Positions 35,517 to 47,704 of a DNA stretch of 64,000 nt are shown in pieces; positions within the stretch are counted from its first letter, which is position 1; each line of letters starts with the position of its first letter. The notes beneath the pieces were generated by a model. That model saw only the letters and a list, made by a program, of their open reading frames with translations. It had not been told where the DNA came from and searched no databases. The translations under genes and the position numbers were made by a program. The stretch is from Phyllobates terribilis (Eukaryota). The stretch covers positions 67,828,001 through 67,892,000 of the forward strand of contig NW_027362765.1 of the NCBI RefSeq assembly GCF_046119375.1. The letters run 5' to 3'.

Positions 35517-35640
35517 GTTCCTATAAGGTGTCAGGATGTCACCGTCTATTTCTCCATGGAGGAGTGGGAGTATTTAGAAGAACACAAAGATATGTACAAG
35601 GACCTCGTGATGAAGGTTCCCCAGCCCCTCACATCACCAG
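35517..35640 (+). CDS. Zinc-finger gene, coding exon 3 (KRAB-A-like box)
   Basis: TGTCAG|GTT acceptor, 124 nt, [41 protein letters not shown], donor GTAATA. Confidence 0.92.
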
Positions 35641-35723
35641 GTAATAGGCAGGACTAAATACACATGGCCAATGATTATCTGTATGTAAAGAATGAATTCA
35701 GTCCCTATATGTGTTTTTTATAG

Positions 35724-35818
35724 TTTTATCCAGTAAAAGGACAACACAAGATAGATGTCCCCGTCCTCTTCTACTGGACTATAAACAAGAAGTTCCCTAC
35801 GTTCCTCAGGATCATCAG
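35724..35818 (+). CDS. Zinc-finger gene, coding exon 4
   Basis: TTTATAG|TT acceptor with matching phase, VLSSKRTTQDRCPRPLLLDYKQEVPYVPQDHQ, donor GTAGAT. Confidence 0.82.
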
Positions 35819-36095
35819 GTAGATGGAGAGAAGGTGTCATGAGATTTTTCCCATGATGTGTAGATGGCTGTGAAGGTTTTGTGTTTAGTGTTTTTTTTTA
35901 TATCCTCCAGTATAAGGAAAGAGTCAGACGGCTGTATAACTTGGCCAGGTATTGCATCACAATGCCCGAACTGGCCGGCGGCTCTCCCAACTCAAGCATG
36001 ACAGCCTGTATTTCTGTACAACTGTCAAGCTTGGACCGCACACCTAATATCATGCCTTAAGTACTAACAGTGAGCAATAGTACAACCTCACTCTA

Positions 36096-36626
<531 letters not shown>

Positions 36627-36723
36627 AAAGGGGAAAAAAAAAAAAAAAACTTCTTTAAATCTTTTTCCTTAGCGAGTGTGAACGAGCTGAGTGTGACCGG
36701 AGCATAAGTGCAAACGGAAGTAA

Positions 36724-37588
36724 GGCTGTGTGCCCACTATGCATTTTCCAAGCATTTATGCTGCGGAATTTCCACAGCATAAACGCTTGGGAAACGCTTG
36801 GTAATCCATCCCCCATGGTCCCCAATGACAAGCCGCAATGTTAATGCCCATGCTGCGGATTTTTCCGCAGCATTTATGCTGTGCTCAAAAATCCGCAGCA
36901 TGTCCATTAATTTTGCGGAAGCGCTGCATTTTCGCCGCCATTGACTTGCATTAGAAGGCATTAAAAGCGCATCTCTGCATCTGCAGATGCGCATTCCATG
37001 CGTTCTAATGTGCGGATGGTACCCAGGTGTGGAGGACAGGAGACTCTCCTCCACACCCAGGTATCATAGAACCTGTAAAAAAAGAATAAAATAAAAAATA
37101 AAGATTATATTCACCTTCCTACGGCCCTCGGACTCCTTCTCTGTGCTTGCCGGCAGATCGCGAAGGACTGTAGGACCTGGGGTGACGTCACACTCATGTG
37201 ACGGCAGGTCCTTCAGTACAGGGCACCGAGATCTGCCGGCAGCCAGCACAGGAGCGCAGCAAGACTGCGGGGGCCATCGGAAGGTAAGTATATATATATT
37301 TTTTTTTTATTTTTTACCATTCTCTCGGGTCACACTATATAAATCCATGCTGGTTGCATGGATTTATATAATGTGACCAAGTTGTCAAGCACTTTCCAAG
37401 CGATGCTAAAATCGCTTGGAAAGCGCTTCACACCCGCATGCGGAAATGCATGTGAAGAACGCTTCATTTCCGCATGTCCCTGGCAGGAAAAACGCATGTA
37501 CAATCCGCATGCGTTTTTTTTCTGCCAGGGAGATGCAGAAACGCTCAGGAAAAAATCCCGAGCATTTCTGCATCGTGGGCACATAGCC
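36724..37588 (+). mobile_element. PIF/Harbinger-like MITE (about 865 bp) in the CR1 5' region
   Basis: TIRs GGCTGTGTGCCCAC / GTGGGCACATAGCC with TAA/TTA flanks; a relative lies at 62094-62964. Confidence 0.8.
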
Positions 37589-37719
37589 TTAGTGTGTGAC
37601 TTGTTGTTCAGTGACTTGGATTCAGGGAGTTTGGAAGGGAGGAATTTGGACTGAATTGCTGTCTGTATTTTAGTAATTCTTTACATTCTATTTCTGTCTA
37701 GTGCAATCCCCATTAGGAA

Positions 37720-38450
37720 ATGAGCTCCATTTTTGGCAATGCTATCCAGTGTACATCTTGCCACATGTATGCAATCCTTGAACAGCCGGTCGGGGTTGCA
37801 TACTGCTGCGCGAGATGTGTGCACGTTGTGCGTTTGGAAGCACAGGTACTGGATCTAAATGAGCAGCTGGCAACACTGAGATCCATTGACAATATGGAAA
37901 AGAGTCTGCTGCTCACTGAGCAGCTGCTCACTGGGGTAGATGTGGGGGAGGGTGGTAGTAGGGAGCTGCAGGACAGTGAGGCAGCTAGCTGGGTGACAGT
38001 TACAAGGGGGGCGTAGAGGGAAGAGTGCCAGGGAGGCTAGTCCTGATCTGGCACACCCCAATAAGTTAGCAAAGTTGGCAGATGAGGGGGGTGTCAGTAC
38101 AGGGGTAGCACTGCTGCAGCAAGACATGTCCCCTGAAAGCCGAAGGAGTGTCAGCTCCAGTAAGGGGGAATCAGGAGAGCAGGGCAGGCCAGGCAGGTGC
38201 TTGTAGTGGGGGACTCAATTATTAGGGGAACAGATAGGGCAATCTGTCACAAAGACAGGGATCGTCGAACAGTGTGCTGCCTACCTGGCGCTCGAGTCCG
38301 GCACATTGCTGATCGGGTTGACAGATTGCTGGGAGGGGCTGGTGAGGACCCAGAGGTCATGGTGCACATTGGCACAAATGACAAAATTAGAGGTAGGTGG
38401 AAGGTCCTTAAAGATGATTTCAGGGAATTAGGCTGCAAGCTGAAAGCAAG

Positions 38451-38483
<33 letters not shown>

Positions 38484-38690
38484 GGTACCACGTGCCACGC
38501 CAGAGAGGCAACGGGAGATTAGGGAGATAAATAAGTGGCTCAAGAACTGGTGTAGGAAGGAGGGATTTGGGTTCCTGGAGAACTGGGCCGACTTCTCAGT
38601 TGGGTAGGGACCGGCTGCACCTTAATGGGGAGGGTGCAGCTGTGCTGGGGGAAAAATGGCTAGAAGGTTGGGGGGAGTGTTTAAACTAGG
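37720..38690 (+). pseudogene. CR1 ORF1 (zinc finger plus SGNH esterase), frameshifted
   Basis: IQCTSCHMY..CCARC, LVVGDSIIRG and VMVHIGTND; stop at 38014 after a frameshift. Confidence 0.88.
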
Positions 38691-41273
38691 GATTGGGGGG
38701 GGGGTTATTCATTTTATAGGTGGGGAAGATAATGCAGATAGTGACCTGGGCACAAATAAAGAAATTGGGGGTGGGGTTAGAACAGTCAATAAAGTAAGAA
38801 GGAATAGAGGTACAGAGAGATACTTAAAATACATGTACACTAATGCCAGAAGCCTCACCAACAAAATGGAGGAATTAGAATTAATTTTGTTGGAAAATAA
38901 TTATGACATGGTGGGGATATCTGAGACATGGCTGGACGAGAGCCATGACTGGGTTGTTAATTTACAGGGCTATAGTCTGTTCATAAATGACCGTACAAAC
39001 AAGCGAGGGGGGTGTGTGTGTGCTTATATGTAAAAGCATCCTTAAAACCCATCTTGCGGGAGAATATATGTGAATCTAATAAAAATGCAGAATCCCTGTG
39101 GGTGGAGATAAGGGGAGGGGGAAAAAATAGTAAATTACTGATAGGGGTTTGTTATAAGTCTCCAAAAATAATGGAAGCAGCGGAGAATATCCTCGTAAAG
39201 CAAATAGATAAAGCAGCGACTCAAGGACAAGTCATTATTATGGGGGACTTCAACTACCCTGAAATACATTGGGGGACAGAAACCTGTAGTTCAAGCAAAG
39301 GTAATAGGTTTTTGATAACTATGAGAGACAATTACCTTTCACAGCTGGTTCAGGACCCAACAAGAAGGGGGGCACTGCTAGACCTAATATTAACCAACAG
39401 GCCAGACCGCATATCAAATATACGAGTTGGGGGTCACTTGGGTAATAGTGATCACAAAATAATAAGTTTTCATGTAACCTTTAATAAGATGTGTAGTACA
39501 GGGGTTACAAGGATACTAAACTTCAGGAAGGCAAATTTCCAGCGGTTGAGAGATGATCTTAGTGCAATAAACTGGGACCATATCCTGAGACCTAAAACTA
39601 CACAAAGCAAATGGGAGACATTTATTAGCATCCTGAATAGGACCTGTGCACAATATATACCCTATGGGAATAAACATGCTAGAAATAGGAGGAAACAACT
39701 ATGGCTAAATGGAGCGGTAAGGGGTGCAATAAGTGACAAAAAGAAAGCATTTAGAGAACTAAAGCAAGTAGGTAGTGATGAGGCATTAAATATAGAAAAT
39801 TAAATTCTGTAAAAACCAAATCAAGGCAGCAAAGATTGAGACAGAGAGAAGCATTGCCAGAGAAAGTAAAAATAATCCCAAAATATTCTTTAACTACATA
39901 AATAGTAAAAAAAATAAAATATGATAGTGTTGGCCCCCTTAAAAATAGTCTGGGTGAAATGGTGGATGAGGATGAGGAAAAAGCCAATATGCTAAATGAT
40001 TTTTTTCAACAGTATTTACACAAGAAAATCGCATGACAGAAAACATGATTAGTGATAACAAAAATTCTCCATTAAATGTCACTTGCTTAACCCAGCAGGC
40101 GTCTAAAAATCACTAAAGTTGACAAATCCCCGTGCCCGGATGGGATATACCCGCGAGTACTGCAGGAATTAAGTAACGTCATAGATAGACCATTATTTTT
40201 AATCTTTAAAGCTTCCATAATAACAGGGTCTGTACCACATGACTGGCGTATAGCAAATGTGGTGCCAATATTCAAAAAGGGGACAAAAACTGAACTTGGA
40301 AATTATAGGCCAGTAAACTTAACCTCTACTGTGGGTAAAATCCTGGAGGGTTTCCTAAGAGATGCTATACTAGAGTATCTGAAGAAGAATAACCTCATGA
40401 CCCAATATCAACATGGGTTTACGAGGGACCTTTCCTGTCAAACTAACTTGATCAGTTTTTATGAGGAGGCAAGTTCTGGACTGGACCAAGGAAATGCAGT
40501 GAATGTTGTGTATATGGACTTTTCAAAAGCTTTTGATACAGTTCCACACAAAAGGTTGATACATAAAATGAGAACAATGGGGATAGGGGAAAATATATCT
40601 ATGTGGGTTAAGAATTGGCTCAGTGATAGGAAACAAAGGGTGGTTATTAATGGAAAACACTCAGACTGGGTCTCAGTTAACAGTGGGGTACCACAGGGCT
40701 TAGCATTGGGCCCCCTTCTTTTCAACATATTTATTAATGACCTTGTAGGGGGCAAACAGTAATATTTCAATATTTGCAGATGACACTAAACTTTGCAGGG
40801 TAATCAATACAGAGGAGGACAATTTTATATTACAGGAGGATCTATGTCAACTAGAAGCTTGGGCTGATAAATGGCAAATGAGCTTTATTGGGGATAAATG
40901 TAAGGTAATGCACTTGGGCAGAGGAAATAAAATGTATAATTATATGTTTAATTGTAAAACACCGGGCAAAGCTGTAACTGAAAAAGACCTGGGTGTATTG
41001 GTGGACGACAAGCTCACGTTTAGTGGCCAGTGTCAGGCAGCTGCTGCAAAGGCAAATAAAATAATGGGATGCATTAAAAGAGGCATAGATGCTCAAGAGG
41101 TGAACATAATTTTACCTCTATACAAGTCACTAGTGCGACCACACTTAGAATACTGTGTACAATTCTGGTCTCCGGTGTATAAGAAAGACATAGCTGAACT
41201 AGAGCGGGTGCAGAGAAGAGCGACCAAGGTTATTAGAGGACTAGGGGGTCTGCAATACCAAGACAGGTTATTA

Positions 41274-42250
41274 TGACGCGCTGCGTTGCGCACGCGGGAG
41301 CTTACCCGGAGCCGGATCTCTTGAGGGTTGTAGTCTCGTGGCGGTGATCCGGTCCGTGCCCAGGGAGTCAGACTAAGTGGCGCTGTATTAGCGGTAGATG
41401 TTGGATGACTACGCCACCCGTTGAGTACAGCTAAGGAGCTGCTGCTGCAGGGCAGACCGCTGAGGCCGGTGGTAGGATTGTGCAGCGTGATAGTGTAACC
41501 CCCAACGGGAGGGGTATGGCCTCAGGGCAGCCGACGTGGATGATGGGGGTAGCAGGAACCACTCAGACGGTACGGTGTAGTTCAGGGTCTTTACTGGTGA
41601 CAACGATAGACCCTCCCGGAGTACTGGCTAGCGATTGGGGCCTGGTCAGTCCTTGAGCAGATGGGATCTCCCCTGGCCAGGCGGAGTTGTAGGCCTCCCA
41701 AACTAACGATACTCTTCTGGCTACCTTGCTAGAAGCGGGTATAAGTAGCCTACGTCCCTGAGTGTACCGTGTGGTGCTCACCCGTATGGCCGGTGACTCG
41801 GGGCCTTCTAGTAGCTTCCGCTCCACGACGGCGGTGCTGGTCCCACGCGTGTGACCGTGCCTTCGGGTTTCTGGGCCAGAGGACCTGCAATCCCCTGCCG
41901 GTCGGTTTCTGCTGCTGGATAGGAGTTAGTCCCCACAGCCTCGGACTCCGGGTCCGGAGATAACTTCTCAGTCAGGGCGAGCTCTGCAGCTGCCAGCCCC
42001 TGACTCCTTGTAGTACTGCTCCCACAGAGCTCCTGATGTTCTTTCCTATATCTACTTCTCTTCTCTGTCTCTACTTCTTCTCTACTCACTAACCCTGCCT
42101 CAGCCCTAGGTTTATATAGGGGAAGTTCTTCCCCTCCCAGGACTGGGCAGGAGGTGTGGCATGCACAGGATCCCTGACCAAGAGACCTCCCACCTGCTCT
42201 CAGACATAACATTGCCGTTACTGTGGAAACCAGACCCCTGGGGTGCCACA
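41274..42250 (-). repeat. 3' LTR (977 bp)
   Basis: Minus strand TGTGGCAC...GCGCGTCA; direct repeat of 48146-49142. Confidence 0.95.
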
Positions 42251-42260
42251 TTCCCCCCTA
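42251..42260 (-). other. Polypurine tract
   Basis: TAGGGGGGAA on the minus strand, abutting the 3' LTR. Confidence 0.8.
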
Positions 42261-42545
42261 GTGAAATTTAGTACTCCGGGACTAAACATATTTTTAGAAA
42301 AACATAACAAGGTATAAACAATAATAATACAATAAGAAAAACACATAAAGATGGTTACGGCGTGTCCGCAACCGGGTGCAGTCTTTGAAGAAAAGCAAGG
42401 TGTCCATTTCACCAAAACAGGGAGACGTAACCAGGTAGGGGTCTGTCCTGCCCCGAGTCCTTAACAGTCTTTAGTCCGTCCTGGGTTACGCTCCAACTAT
42501 ACACAAAGGATTCCCGGTAAATCCACCAAGGACTCCTATAAATAA

Positions 42546-45500
42546 CTAGAAACACATAATTATACACAAGCAACAGAAAAAAACAGGTAACCACAAATAA
42601 AACAATTTATACACTTCAAATCCTCCAACGTGCGGGTAACTGGCCTCTAGTGGCCCTAGTGGACCTACGGAGCTGTCTAGCCCTGAACTACAGGGTGTAG
42701 GAGCTGTCAAGGGTAAACTGGGCAGCTGTCTACCGGCTCTTTGACTCACTAGGGGTACGGCATGCTCACTATAAGCAGAGGGTTGATCCTCCTGTTCTGC
42801 TTGTGTGGAGTCTTCTGCCTCCTGGACCGGCTGCTCTTCCAGCTCTACCTGTTGCTCCGTAGGCACTTGGGATGCTGGTTGGAGGAACGTGAGGACGGGT
42901 ACCACAACTGCACCATTGACTTGAGTCCAGGACCGAGGGAAGTCTCCGAGCACAGTACTAACCATATCTTCCCTTTCCTCTACGGGTCGATGGTCTTCTT
43001 GTTCCTCTTCAGGGTTCCGTAGCTGTTCAGGACACTTCTTCAGGTGATCCCGGGATACAATGGCTATGGTCTCCCCTCCGTCTTTACTGATGGTACAGAC
43101 TTTCGGGTTCTCGTGGCTTGAGGGCAGTACGGTGTACGGGTCCTTCTCCCACTGGTCGTCCAACTTGTGGAGCCGTCTTTTCCTCTTCAAGACCTGCTCT
43201 CCGGGTACCAGGGGAACAGCGGGAGCATACTGGTTGTAAGTTTTCTCTTGTCTTTCCCTAGCCTGACAGAGACTTCGCTCCACGCTCTCCTGTACTTTCC
43301 GGTACTGCTGCTGCCTCTCTGTGTCCCAGTCTGCTTCTGGTGAAGTGTCCTCGGGTGTCAGGACTCCTATTTCCAGGTCAACAGGTAACTTACCAGGTCT
43401 CGCCCTCATTAGGTAAGCCGGGGTACAGTTGGTGGAACCTACCGGGATGTGGTTGTATAGGTCCACTAGATCGGGCAGCTTCTCAGGCCACAGACTGCGT
43501 TCTTCCAGGGGCAACGTTTTCAGGAGATCCATTACCACCTGGTTCATTTTCTCACAAAGTCCATTAGTTTGCGGATGATAGGGTGTCGTCCTTATCTTCC
43601 GGCAGCCATACAGTTTGCAGAATTCCTGGAAGACCTCCGCTTCAAAGGCAGGTCCCTGGTCCGTCAGCACTTGGTCCGGGTACCCGTGTGGACGGCAGAA
43701 GTGCTGCTGGAAGGCTCTAGCTGCTGTTTGAGCCGTTAAGTCCTTAACGGGGACGACAACCAAGAACCGGGAGTAATGATCCACAATGGTTAACGCGTAG
43801 ACGTAGCCACTTCTGCTTGGGGTCAGTTTTACATGATCCAAGGCTACCAGTTCCAACGGCTGCCGGGTGACGATGGACTGCAGGGGAGTCTTCTGGCTGG
43901 CACGGTCCTTCCTTCTTAGGTTGCACGGGCCACAGTCTCTGCACCACCTCTCGATGTTTCCCCTCATGCCTACCCAGTGGAACCGCCCACGCAGCAGGAA
44001 CTCCAGCTTCTTCCATCCGAAGTGTCCAGCCCCGTCGTGGTATGCTTCCATCACCATGGCTGCGTCTCTCCGTGGCACCACTACTTGCCAGATTAGTTCA
44101 TGCGTCCGGGAGTTAACCATTCTGCGGCACAACTTCCCCTTGTAAAGGAACAGTCGACTCTTCTCAGCCCACAGTTGCTTGGCTTCCTCCGGAGCGTCTG
44201 GGTCAAGGCGAGCCTCTGGCCGAGTCAGCATCTCCTTCACCAGCCGGACGGCAGGGTCACTGTCTTGCGTTTCCTCCCAGTTGTAGTGAGGCAAGGGGTT
44301 AAACGTAGCGGCTTGCTTACTCCTTACCCGATGGGAATACTGGATAGTCCCATGACGGTGGAATGCGGGGAGTTCGACTTCTTCCAGTCCCTCTGGATCT
44401 TCTCCTACGTCCGGTAGGTTTGGCATCCTGGACAGGGCGTCCGCGTTGGTATTGGAGCGTCCTGCCCGGTATTTGATTGTGAACTCGTAGTTGGACAGAC
44501 GGGCCATCCATCTCTGCTCTAGGGAACCGAGTCTTGCAGTGTCCAGGTGTGTCAATGGGTTGTTATCCGTGTACACGGTGAACCGGGAAGAAGCGAGGTA
44601 GTGCTTAAAGCGTTCGGTGACTGCCCACACCACTGCCAGGAACTCTAGCTTAAATGAGCTATAATTCTCAGGGTTTCTTTCGGTGGGTCGCAGTTTTCGG
44701 CTGGCGTAAGCGATTACTCGTTCTTTCCCCTGCTGGATCTGGGACAGTACGGCTCCTAGCCCGATGTTACTTGCGTCGGTGTAGAGGATAAAGGGCTGGC
44801 TGTAATCAGGGTACGCCAGGATTTCATCCCCCGTGAGGGCCATCTTCAGCTGGCGGAAGGACTCTTCTTCTAACTTCTCCCATCTGAAGGGTGGCTTCTG
44901 GTTCTTGGCCTTCCGGGACTGGCCTATCAGGAGGTCCTGCATAGGAGCTGCCTTTTTGGTGAAACCGGGGATGAATCTGCGGTAATAGCCTACCAACCCG
45001 AGGAACTGCCGCACTTCCTTTACACTGGAGGGACTTGGCCATTCCTTAATTGCGGTGATCTTATCAGGGTCGGGAGCCACTCCATCAGCGCTCACCACGT
45101 GTCCCAGGTACTGCACCTTTGGTTTCAGGAGGTGACACTTGGAGGGTTTCACCTTTAGGCCGTAGCTTGCCAGAGCTTCGAACACTTCCGCCAGGTGTTT
45201 CAGGTGGTCCTCATACGTCTTGGAATATACGATGACATCGTCCAGGTACAACAGGACCGTCTCAAAGTTTCTGTGGCCCAGACAACACTCCATTAATCGT
45301 TGGAAGGTTCCTGGTGCATTGCAGAGTCCGAACGGCATGCAAGTAAACTCGCTAAGTCCCATCGGGGTGGTGAATGCGGTCTTCTCCCGGTCCGCCTCTG
45401 CTACAGGAACCTGCCAGTACCCACTAGTGAGATCCAAGGTAGAGAAGAAGTTAGCAGATCTTAAAGCAGCCAAAGACTCCTCTATCCTTGGTAAGGGGTA

Positions 45501-46748
45501 CGCATCCTTGTGTGTGATACGGTTGATTTTCCGGTAATCTACACACATCCTCATGGTGTTGTCTTTCTTTTTGACTAAGACTAGTGGAGCTGCCCAGGGG
45601 CTACAGCTATCCCTGATCACCCCAGCCTCCTTCATGTCTCTAAGCATCCCCTTGGCGTGTTGGTAGTGTGCAGGGGGTACGGGTCGATACCTCTCTTTTA
45701 TGGGAGGATGGTCTCCCGTGGGGATGTGGTGTTCTACCCCCTTGACTCGCCCGAAGTCTAACGGGTGTTTACTAAACACTCTCTCGTACTCTTGCACCAC
45801 CCGATAGACTCCCTGTTTCTGGTGTGAGGGAGTGGAGTCAGTACCCAAATGTAGTTGCTGACACCAGTCCTCCATTGTTTCTTTAGAGCCGTTACCTTCC
45901 TCCGGGGAAGATGGAGGCAAGGGTTCTACGGACTGTATGGAATTTTGATTGATGGTATACAATTTGGCTAGCGTGGCATACCGGGGCAGGTACACTTCCC
46001 TCTTCCCGATATTTATTATGCGAACGGGCACCCTCCCATGGCGTACATTGACCACCCCCCGTGCTGTCAAAATGGTGGGCCTACTGTCTGAGTAAACTGG
46101 TTCTACCATTGCCTGGTAATCTCTACCTCTCAGACCAATAGCTGCCCGGCACCAAATCATCATTTCACTTTTTGGGGGCATGGCAATAGGGAAAGGGTCA
46201 CACATTCTTACGCTACCAATCTCACCACCGGAGAGTTCTAGCTGTTGCCGTCGCATCAGTGCCCGGATCTCTTTCTGGAGCACTCGCTGCTGGCCGGAGC
46301 TGGCGTTCTTGGCAACCTGCTGTAAAAGGAAAATCACCTCTGCAAGACAATTTTCAATTACATTAGTTCCTAGAGTTATCTTTGGGTGACTCTCGTGTTT
46401 GTCAATGTCTACAATGATCAGTCCCTGTGCTGCCAGTTCGACTCTACCGATTTTAATGGTCACCTCTTTAAATCCAATCTGTGGCACGGGCTGACCATTG
46501 CTGGCGATGATACTCAAGTCGTCGTCAGGGTAGCGGGTGATATCCGAGTCATTCCAGTACTGCTTGAAGAGCACGTACGGGATGGTGGTGACCTGTGACC
46601 CGGTGTCCAGTAGGGCACTCATAGGAATGCCATCCAGTACCACGGGTAAGACTGGACGTCCTCCCACATATTTGTCGCGCCAGTTCGATGGGCCTGGTGA
46701 TCTTTTTCCTGGGGGTTGGCCCTCTACCCCAGGTTGTGCCAGTTTAAA
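42546..46748 (-). CDS. pol: Pol (protease, RT, RNase H, integrase), entered by -1 frameshift from gag
   Basis: Open frame 42546..46868 with LLDTGSQ, YLDD, YTDAS, NADALSR, an HHCC motif, and D(VALDH)-D(LTDQG)-E(GLCEK). Confidence 0.95.
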   Translation of the reverse strand, partial: FKLAQPGVEGQPPGKRSPGPSNWRDKYVGGRPVLPVVLDGIPMSALLDTGSQVTTIPYVLFKQYWNDSDITRYPDDDLSIIASNGQPVPQIGFKEVTIKIGRVELAAQGLIIVDIDKHESHPKITLGTNVIENCLAEVIFLLQQVAKNASSGQQRVLQKEIRALMRRQQLELSGGEIGSVRMCDPFPIAMPPKSEMMIWCRAAIGLRGRDYQAMVEPVYSDSRPTILTARGVVNVRHGRVPVRIINIGKREVYLPRYATLAKLYTINQNSIQSVEPLPPSSPEEGNGSKETMEDWCQQLHLGTDSTPSHQKQGVYRVVQEYERVFSKHPLDFGRVKGVEHHIPTGDHPPIKERYRPVPPAHYQHAKGMLRDMKEAGVIRDSCSPWAAPLVLVKKKDNTMRMCVDYRKINRITHKDAYPLPRIEESLAALRSANFFSTLDLTSGYWQVPVAEADREKTAFTTPMGLSEFTCMPFGLCNAPGTFQRLMECCLGHRNFETVLLYLDDVIVYSKTYEDHLKHLAEVFEALASYGLKVKPSKCHLLKPKVQYLGHVVSADGVAPDPDKITAIKEWPSPSSVKEVRQFLGLVGYYRRFIPGFTKKAAPMQDLLIGQSRKAKNQKPPFRWEKLEEESFRQLKMALTGDEILAYPDYSQPFILYTDASNIGLGAVLSQIQQGKERVIAYASRKLRPTERNPENYSSFKLEFLAVVWAVTERFKHYLASSRFTVYTDNNPLTHLDTARLGSLEQRWMARLSNYEFTIKYRAGRSNTNADALSRMPNLPDVGEDPEGLEEVELPAFHRHGTIQYSHRVRSKQAATFNPLPHYNWEETQDSDPAVRLVKEMLTRPEARLDPDAPEEAKQLWAEKSRLFLYKGKLCRRMVNSRTHELIWQVVVPRRDAAMVMEAYHDGAGHFGWKKLEFLLRGRFHWVGMRGNIERWCRDCGPCNLRRKDRASQKTPLQSIVTRQPLELVALDHVKLTPSRSGYVYALTIVDHYSRFLVVVPVKDLTAQTAARAFQQHFCRPHGYPDQVLTDQGPAFEAEVFQEFCKLYGCRKIRTTPYHPQTNGLCEKMNQVVMDLLKTLPLEERSLWPEKLPDLVDLYNHIPVGSTNCTPAYLMRARPGKLPVDLEIGVLTPEDTSPEADWDTERQQQYRKVQESVERSLCQARERQEKTYNQYAPAVPLVPGEQVLKRKRRLHKLDDQWEKDPYTVLPSSHENPKVCTISKDGGETIAIVSRDHLKKCPEQLRNPEEEQEDHRPVEEREDMVSTVLGDFPRSWTQVNGAVVVPVLTFLQPASQVPTEQQVELEEQPVQEAEDSTQAEQEDQPSAYSEHAVPLVSQRAGRQLPSLPLTAPTPCSSGLDSSVGPLGPLEASYPHVGGFEVYKLFYLWLPVFFCCLCIIMCF
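46690..46748 (-). promoter_or_regulatory. -1 frameshift signal: T TTA AAC plus H-type pseudoknot
   Basis: Heptamer at 46748-46742 and an 8-nt spacer. Stem 1 is CCTGGGG/CCCCAGG; loop GGGCC pairs with downstream GGCCC. Confidence 0.78.
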
Positions 46749-47704
46749 GGACAGTACCTTGCCATATGTCCGGGTTGATTGCAGCGGCGGCAGATGGGTC
46801 GTCCGTCCTCGTTGTATCGGTCGCTGGGTCTTCCTCTGGCCGGTGGGGTCCTCCTTGGTCGACGCCACGGGATGTCCTCCGGTCCGGATGCCAGCTGGAT
46901 CTTCCCTGGAGTGGAAACCTGTAAAGACTGCACAGTTCGGGTTAGTGCAGCAACGCTTTTAGCTAGCTCTTGGACCTGATGGTGCAGGTCTGGAGCCGGG
47001 TCATTGTTCAAAGCCTGCGCATCAGCTCCCACAGGCCCTGCCGACAAGGGCGCCGCCTCCTGGTGGTAAGTGGTAGTGGGGCGTCTGGGGGTCACAACGC
47101 CACCTGGTGCCGGTTCTCGAAGCACCCGGATGGCTCTGTCCTTGAACTGTGCAAATCCCAGATGAGGGTCCTGTAAGGCCATTGCCCGCAACTGGGTTCG
47201 GTGGGCATTGCAATATAAACCCTCTATAAATTGTTCAGTCAACAGCCTGTCCTCGTCTCGCACGCCGTCAGGGTCGGTCTGCTTAATGGCTCTCAGGGCC
47301 TCTTGTAGGTTCAGGGCATAGTCCCTTATACTCTCATGTGCCCGCTGTTTGCACCCGTAGAATCTAAGCTTGATCTCGGCTGAGGTGCGGGTATCAAAGG
47401 TGTCCCTCAGCCGGGTTAGTATCCCTGCGACAGTCCTCCCCCCAGGTGGCCAGGACTTTACCTCCCTTTGGGCTGCTCCGGTTAATTGGGCCACCAGGAT
47501 GCTCACTTTTTGCTCCTCTGTGAGGGGGTACACCTGGAAGAGGCTATCCAGCTTTTCTCTAAAGTCATGCAGGGTATGTGACTCCCCTGAGTACTGGGGT
47601 AGCCAGGCTGCCCCCGGGATATAGGGCATGGTGAAAGGCATGACCGCAACAGCGGTGGCGCTGGCGGGGGTTGAAGCGGTGAAGCTCTCCTCCGTATCCG
47701 ACAT
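46724..47704 (-). CDS. gag: Gag (capsid plus CCHC knuckle)
   Basis: 326-aa ORF downstream of the PBS, ending CRRCNQPGHMARYC and overlapping pol. Confidence 0.93.
   Translation of the reverse strand: MSDTEESFTASTPASATAVAVMPFTMPYIPGAAWLPQYSGESHTLHDFREKLDSLFQVYPLTEEQKVSILVAQLTGAAQREVKSWPPGGRTVAGILTRLRDTFDTRTSAEIKLRFYGCKQRAHESIRDYALNLQEALRAIKQTDPDGVRDEDRLLTEQFIEGLYCNAHRTQLRAMALQDPHLGFAQFKDRAIRVLREPAPGGVVTPRRPTTTYHQEAAPLSAGPVGADAQALNNDPAPDLHHQVQELAKSVAALTRTVQSLQVSTPGKIQLASGPEDIPWRRPRRTPPARGRPSDRYNEDGRPICRRCNQPGHMARYCPLNWHNLG

Noticed and set aside
41409-42251. ORFs inside the Gypsy LTRs (repeated at 48300-49141)
   Set aside because: GC-rich LTR sequence with no domain; the frames differ between the two LTRs because of small indels.
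42762-47624. Plus-strand ORFs opposite gag and pol
   Set aside because: Antisense shadows of a long GC-rich coding frame.
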